From: Gekko japonicus
Lineage: Eukaryota
DNA: 64,000 bases
Assembly: GCF_001447785.1 (NCBI RefSeq)
Contig: NW_015167585.1
Coordinates: 1-64,000, forward strand
Direction of reading: 5' to 3'
The position numbers were made by a program, and so were the translations under genes. The notes under the pieces are model-generated. The model worked only from the letters and a program-made list of their open reading frames with translations. It searched no databases and was not told the DNA's origin. This document shows, piece after piece, positions 60,701 through 64,000 of this stretch (within the stretch, counting starts at the first letter, position 1; each line of letters begins with the position of its first letter).

Positions 60701-63479
60701 TCCTGAATAACACAGTTTCGGTCCACTCCAGCAACCATTTGCAAGTGGATTTTGCCATTTCACACAGTGAAATCAAGCTGCAAAGTGCATTGAAAGTGGA
60801 TTGAAAGTGCATTATGTAGTGTGTGTGAAAGCGCCCTTGGTTGACTATGTTTGTCCTTGTTATTTTGAAGCAGAAAACAGAAAATGTGCCTCCAGGGTTG
60901 TGAAGTGTGCAGACGGTTCATGTTGGCTTTTAAGTAACCATAATAGAACGCTGTCTCTTTAATTGCAGCCCCTAAAATATGGGAATCGGTGTCCTGTAAT
61001 GACGGAGAGCATGCATACCTCTCCTTGGCCACAGTCCCATTGGGTGGCGTTCGCTAAGCTGTTACTCGCTTGTTGTCAACGCCCTCCCCCCATCTTTGAT
61101 ATGGGAGTACTAACCCTGATCTGTCTTACAGCTGGGCTGCTAGAAGGAATTAAAGGGCTGTTGAAGCATGAGTTTTTTTACAAGCCAAATATTAGAATTA
61201 TTGTCAAACATTTCACTAGGGGTGTGTGCAGTCATACTGCTGCCCTGATAAAATGCCTGGTATTTGCAGATCAGCAATGGCCGATTTTTGCACCACACCC
61301 TCCTGATGATCCCTGATTCCAATGATTCTACTCCTGATAATACCAGAATTGGGAATCGTGTTGGAGAGACCGCAGGAGCAGCGAGGGAGGAGGGGGCATG
61401 CCCTGTGGTGCACTGGCCCTTTACATTTTAAGGGGCCACTGTTGTCTGTGGGTGGAAGAGGCCCAGTCTCCCGCCCATTGGAAATAATGGTGCTTGGAAG
61501 CAATGCTCCCTCTAAGCTGTGGAGTCTTGTGAGCAAAAATTCTACTTTGCGAGCTCCTCGCCTTAAAGCTGTGAGCGAGCGGTTTGGCTGCTGCATAAAT
61601 TAGTCTGCTCTGCAGCCCTCCTTCCTGAGCAAAGACAGAAATGTGTGAGCTGGAGGCTAAAAAACTGAGTTTAAAGGACCAGTGCACCCTGGACGAGTGA
61701 GTGCGTCCCTGCTCCTGCTAACTGAATCTGGGAGTGGGGGGAGTCCAGGTGGTGGGGACTTCCAAATTATCATTTTAGTTTCCTTTGGTAAATTAAAAAA
61801 GTGTATGAATGCTGTTTTCACTAAATTAGGAGTACTGTTCCAATATTTATTAAAGTGGAAAATTTTCCCAATGTGACTTTCCAGAATGAGAACAGCATGC
61901 CCGTCCCAATTTTTTGAATTGCACATTCCCTAGGGGGCATTATTTCTTCAGCTTTTATTTCCTCCTGACCTCTCAGCATGAGATGGGGTAACATATTTCT
62001 TGTTTCTTTTTCTTTTTTTTAAAACTAATAGGAACTGGAAGAATTTCCTCTGGAATCAGGTACTGTTGCTTAGAAACATGCTGGGCCCCTTCCTTTTACC
62101 TCCCCGCATATTTTTCACTCACAAAATCCCTTTAGTTGCTTAAAATATTTGGTTTTATTCCATTAATAACTATGGTGTATTCTAAATGGTGCACGATCCA
62201 GCTCTCTCGCACACGCACCCCCCAAAAGCCACAGAGATTGGAAATCTGGTCATATCAGCAGATCTGCTATAGCATGCTCATTCTTGCATGAGGCAAATCT
62301 TTGGAGAGAAATGAGCAATTTGCTTGCTTCCTTGGAATTGGCGGACGAGCTGCCCTTGACAGGAGCAGTTCTGCATACAGAGCAGGTCTTGTGATATGAC
62401 CTAGTACCTTGATTCTGTAAATCTTAGACTAGAGAAGGACAGTTTAGTCTAAAGCAGAGAGTAGGGAATGAAAACAGGACGTCGAAGACAGAAGACAGGT
62501 TCATCGCAAAAACTGTGCTTTCTGAACTGCAAACGTATTGTCATTCCATCTGAAGCTGGTCTGGTTTTCATGTTTGGACTGATTCATCTGAAAGGAGTTC
62601 AGTAAACCTGGAAGCTGTACTGTCAAAAGGACTATGTAAACATCCTGGACTTTGAAGCTAGACTGCAGAAGAAGGACAAAGTTGAGATGACTACATGAAG
62701 ACAGTGAAATAAAAACAAGCCGGGAACATCGTGCATAAAAGGTGTTTTTAAGCCATTTTCTTCTTTCTTTCAGACAGTGCTCTGCTAGGTATGTTAGACT
62801 GCAGTGAGCTTAGGCGTTTGAATGTGATGTACGCAAGGGTTTTCCAATCTCTGTGTGGCATTAGACTGGCAGCCATGCCCGTTCCGCACTTGTCTTTGCT
62901 GTGTTTCCCTGGTGATTAAACCTTGTGCCATTCTATTCCTGTTAAATCCATAGAAAATGAGAAAATGCTCGACATTTTGGGTGACACTTGTAAATCTGAG
63001 CCCTTTAAAGAAGACACTTCCGAAGCGGAGCAGGCACAGGAAGCGAAAAGCCCGTTGGCGGGCAAAAAGGCAGCGGAGGAAGAGGAAGACGCGATTGCCA
63101 CCGCCGCCCCTCTGTCGGAAGAAGACCTTTTAGATACGAAGAGCCCCTCCGCCCCGGCTGCGGGCGGGAAGGAGGAGGAGGAGGAGGAGGCAAAGCACTT
63201 AGTGGTAGCGGCAGGGGAGCCGAGCGAGCAGACAGGCGAGGAAGCCCAGCCGGACTCGGACTCTGTAGCGGTAGAGAGCAGGAGTGGTGGTGGAGGAGGA
63301 GGAGGAGATGTTGATGATGAGGGTAGCAAAACAGCAGCCCAGAGTCTGGAAGCCAGTAGTGAGGCCAGTGCGGCCAGCCAAGAGGCCGCGAAGACGGAAG
63401 AGAAAGCTCAGTGTGAGGAAGACTCCTCCTCTGCCACTAGAGAGGCCTCTGCCCCAGAGGGTGGTGATCAGAACACGAG
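48335..63479 (+). CDS. SAFB2: Scaffold attachment factor B2-like, partial (exons 1-7; gene continues beyond the window): join 48335-48550, 53480-53567, 55740-55804, 55898-56176, 59090-59152, 62032-62059, 62954-63479
   Basis: Exon-by-exon paralogue of the minus-strand gene, with the same lengths (88, 65, 63, 28, 526 nt) and phases. Head-to-head arrangement as for mammalian SAFB/SAFB2. Named SAFB2 by exclusion. Confidence 0.88.
48829..49082. mobile_element. hAT-type MITE (TAGGGTTACC TIRs)
   Basis: TAGGGTTACC...GGTAACCCTA; TSD AGAGAGAT/TGAGAGAT (7 of 8 match). Confidence 0.78.
50588..50835. other. Assembly gap (N run)
   Basis: Run of n. Confidence 0.99.
51373..52844 (+). repeat. 124-bp direct repeat (51373-51496 and 52721-52844)
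   Basis: 5 mismatches in 124 nt by hand alignment. Confidence 0.85.
51560..51900 (-). mobile_element. L1-clade LINE 3' fragment
   Basis: [22 protein letters not shown]2 C-terminal motif, AT-rich UTR. Confidence 0.7.
53480..53567 (+). CDS. SAFB2: SAFB2 exon 2
   Basis: tgtag|[29 protein letters not shown](G)|gtatgc. Confidence 0.94.
54200..54850 (+). mobile_element. L1-clade LINE 3' end
   Basis: [25 protein letters not shown]-rich UTR, AATAAA and poly-A at about 54826-54850. Confidence 0.8.
54880..55070 (+). mobile_element. 5S rRNA-derived SINE
   Basis: 5S-like head plus shared body. Confidence 0.72.
55075..55350 (+). mobile_element. BovB LINE 3' fragment
   Basis: [37 protein letters not shown]; CAA tail; a short further piece at 49243-49340. 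Confidence 0.88.
55740..55804 (+). CDS. SAFB2: SAFB2 exon 3
   Basis: tttag|[22 protein letters not shown]|gtacag. Confidence 0.94.
55898..56176 (+). CDS. SAFB2: SAFB2 exon 4 (279 nt)
   Basis: tgcag|[30 protein letters not shown]...REIPVAV|gtatgc; the phase-0 donor was chosen to match exon 5. Confidence 0.85.
59090..59152 (+). CDS. SAFB2: SAFB2 exon 5
   Basis: tttag|[21 protein letters not shown]|gtaaaa, 63 nt. Confidence 0.88.
60290..60598 (+). mobile_element. CR1 3' end fragment
   Basis: Matches the other copies. Confidence 0.85.
61501..61685 (-). mobile_element. hAT MITE, same family
   Basis: Reverse complement of 13531-13735. Confidence 0.7.
62032..62059 (+). CDS. SAFB2: SAFB2 exon 6 (28-nt micro-exon)
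   Basis: Long pyrimidine tract, aatag|ELEEFPLES(E)|gtactg. Confidence 0.9.
62954..63479 (+). CDS. SAFB2: SAFB2 exon 7
   Basis: catag|[17 protein letters not shown]...GGDQNT|gtttgt, 526 nt, near-identical to SAFB exon 7. Confidence 0.94.
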
Positions 63480-64000
63480 GTTTGTTTTTTCTGCGTTTTA
63501 GACCAGATGCTGTCTTTTTTCCTCTCCCCTCCCCATTGGTCGTTTTATGAATGCAAAATGCGAATGTCTCAACCAACCCCCGGCCAGGGCCATAACAAAA
63601 TGTATAGTTTTATTCTAAATAGAATCTTTAGTTGTTTCTGCACACTTCTTTTTTTTTCTTTTTTTCTTTTCTGGTGTGGGTTTTGCTTTTTGGTAGAAGA
63701 TGGCTTGATTTCTTTTTCTTAAACGCTTGTTTTAATTCTCTGTTGTCTAAGGTCACATACTTTAATGTGAGCTGTTAGCTCAATTTGGTCACCTTTGACT
63801 TCGCTGATTTTTTTTTTTTAATTCTAAGGAAAGCTCTCCCCCGCCTTTTGAAAGGCGTAATTCTTATTTTGCAGTTCATTTTCTTTTCTGGTAGGTATCT
63901 GATCAAAGCCCACAGGGCCTTGCTTGCCCTTTTTAATGTGGCCTCTTTTCATATTTGAGTAACATTCAGGTTTTTTGTCTTTAGTTCGAATGTGGATCCA

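Overview
Vertebrate genomic DNA from a squamate reptile, probably a gecko, judged from the repeat content (tRNA- and 5S-derived SINEs, CR1, BovB, Penelope, DIRS, hAT/SPIN, Helitron). It is a draft assembly with three N-gaps. The window holds the head-to-head SAFB/SAFB2 locus. On the minus strand I reconstructed a complete 21-exon scaffold attachment factor B gene (CDS 45510 to 8213, 2730 nt, 909 aa, all introns GT-AG and phase-consistent). It has SAP, RRM, Glu/Arg coiled-coil and Gly/Arg tail domains and SAFB1-type diagnostic residues. On the plus strand are the first 7 coding exons of its paralogue (from ATG 48335, continuing off the right edge). The most striking feature is a 711-bp inverted tract covering exon 7 and its flanking intron. 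It is about 98% identical between the paralogues (14 mismatches, no net indel, counted by hand), whereas exons 2 and 6 are only about 74% and 61% identical. This points to exon-restricted gene conversion. Other points: a candidate poison exon in the intron that splits the RRM; a bidirectional promoter divided into two mirror-image YY1/NRF1 CpG islands by repeats; a perfect 66-bp palindromic hAT MITE; a SPIN MITE; Helitrons carrying captured repeat DNA; an open DIRS gag ORF; and degenerate Penelope hammerhead motifs. No prokaryotic systems, CRISPR arrays or true tRNA/rRNA genes were seen. Comparisons with human SAFB sequences and repeat consensuses are from memory and were not aligned.
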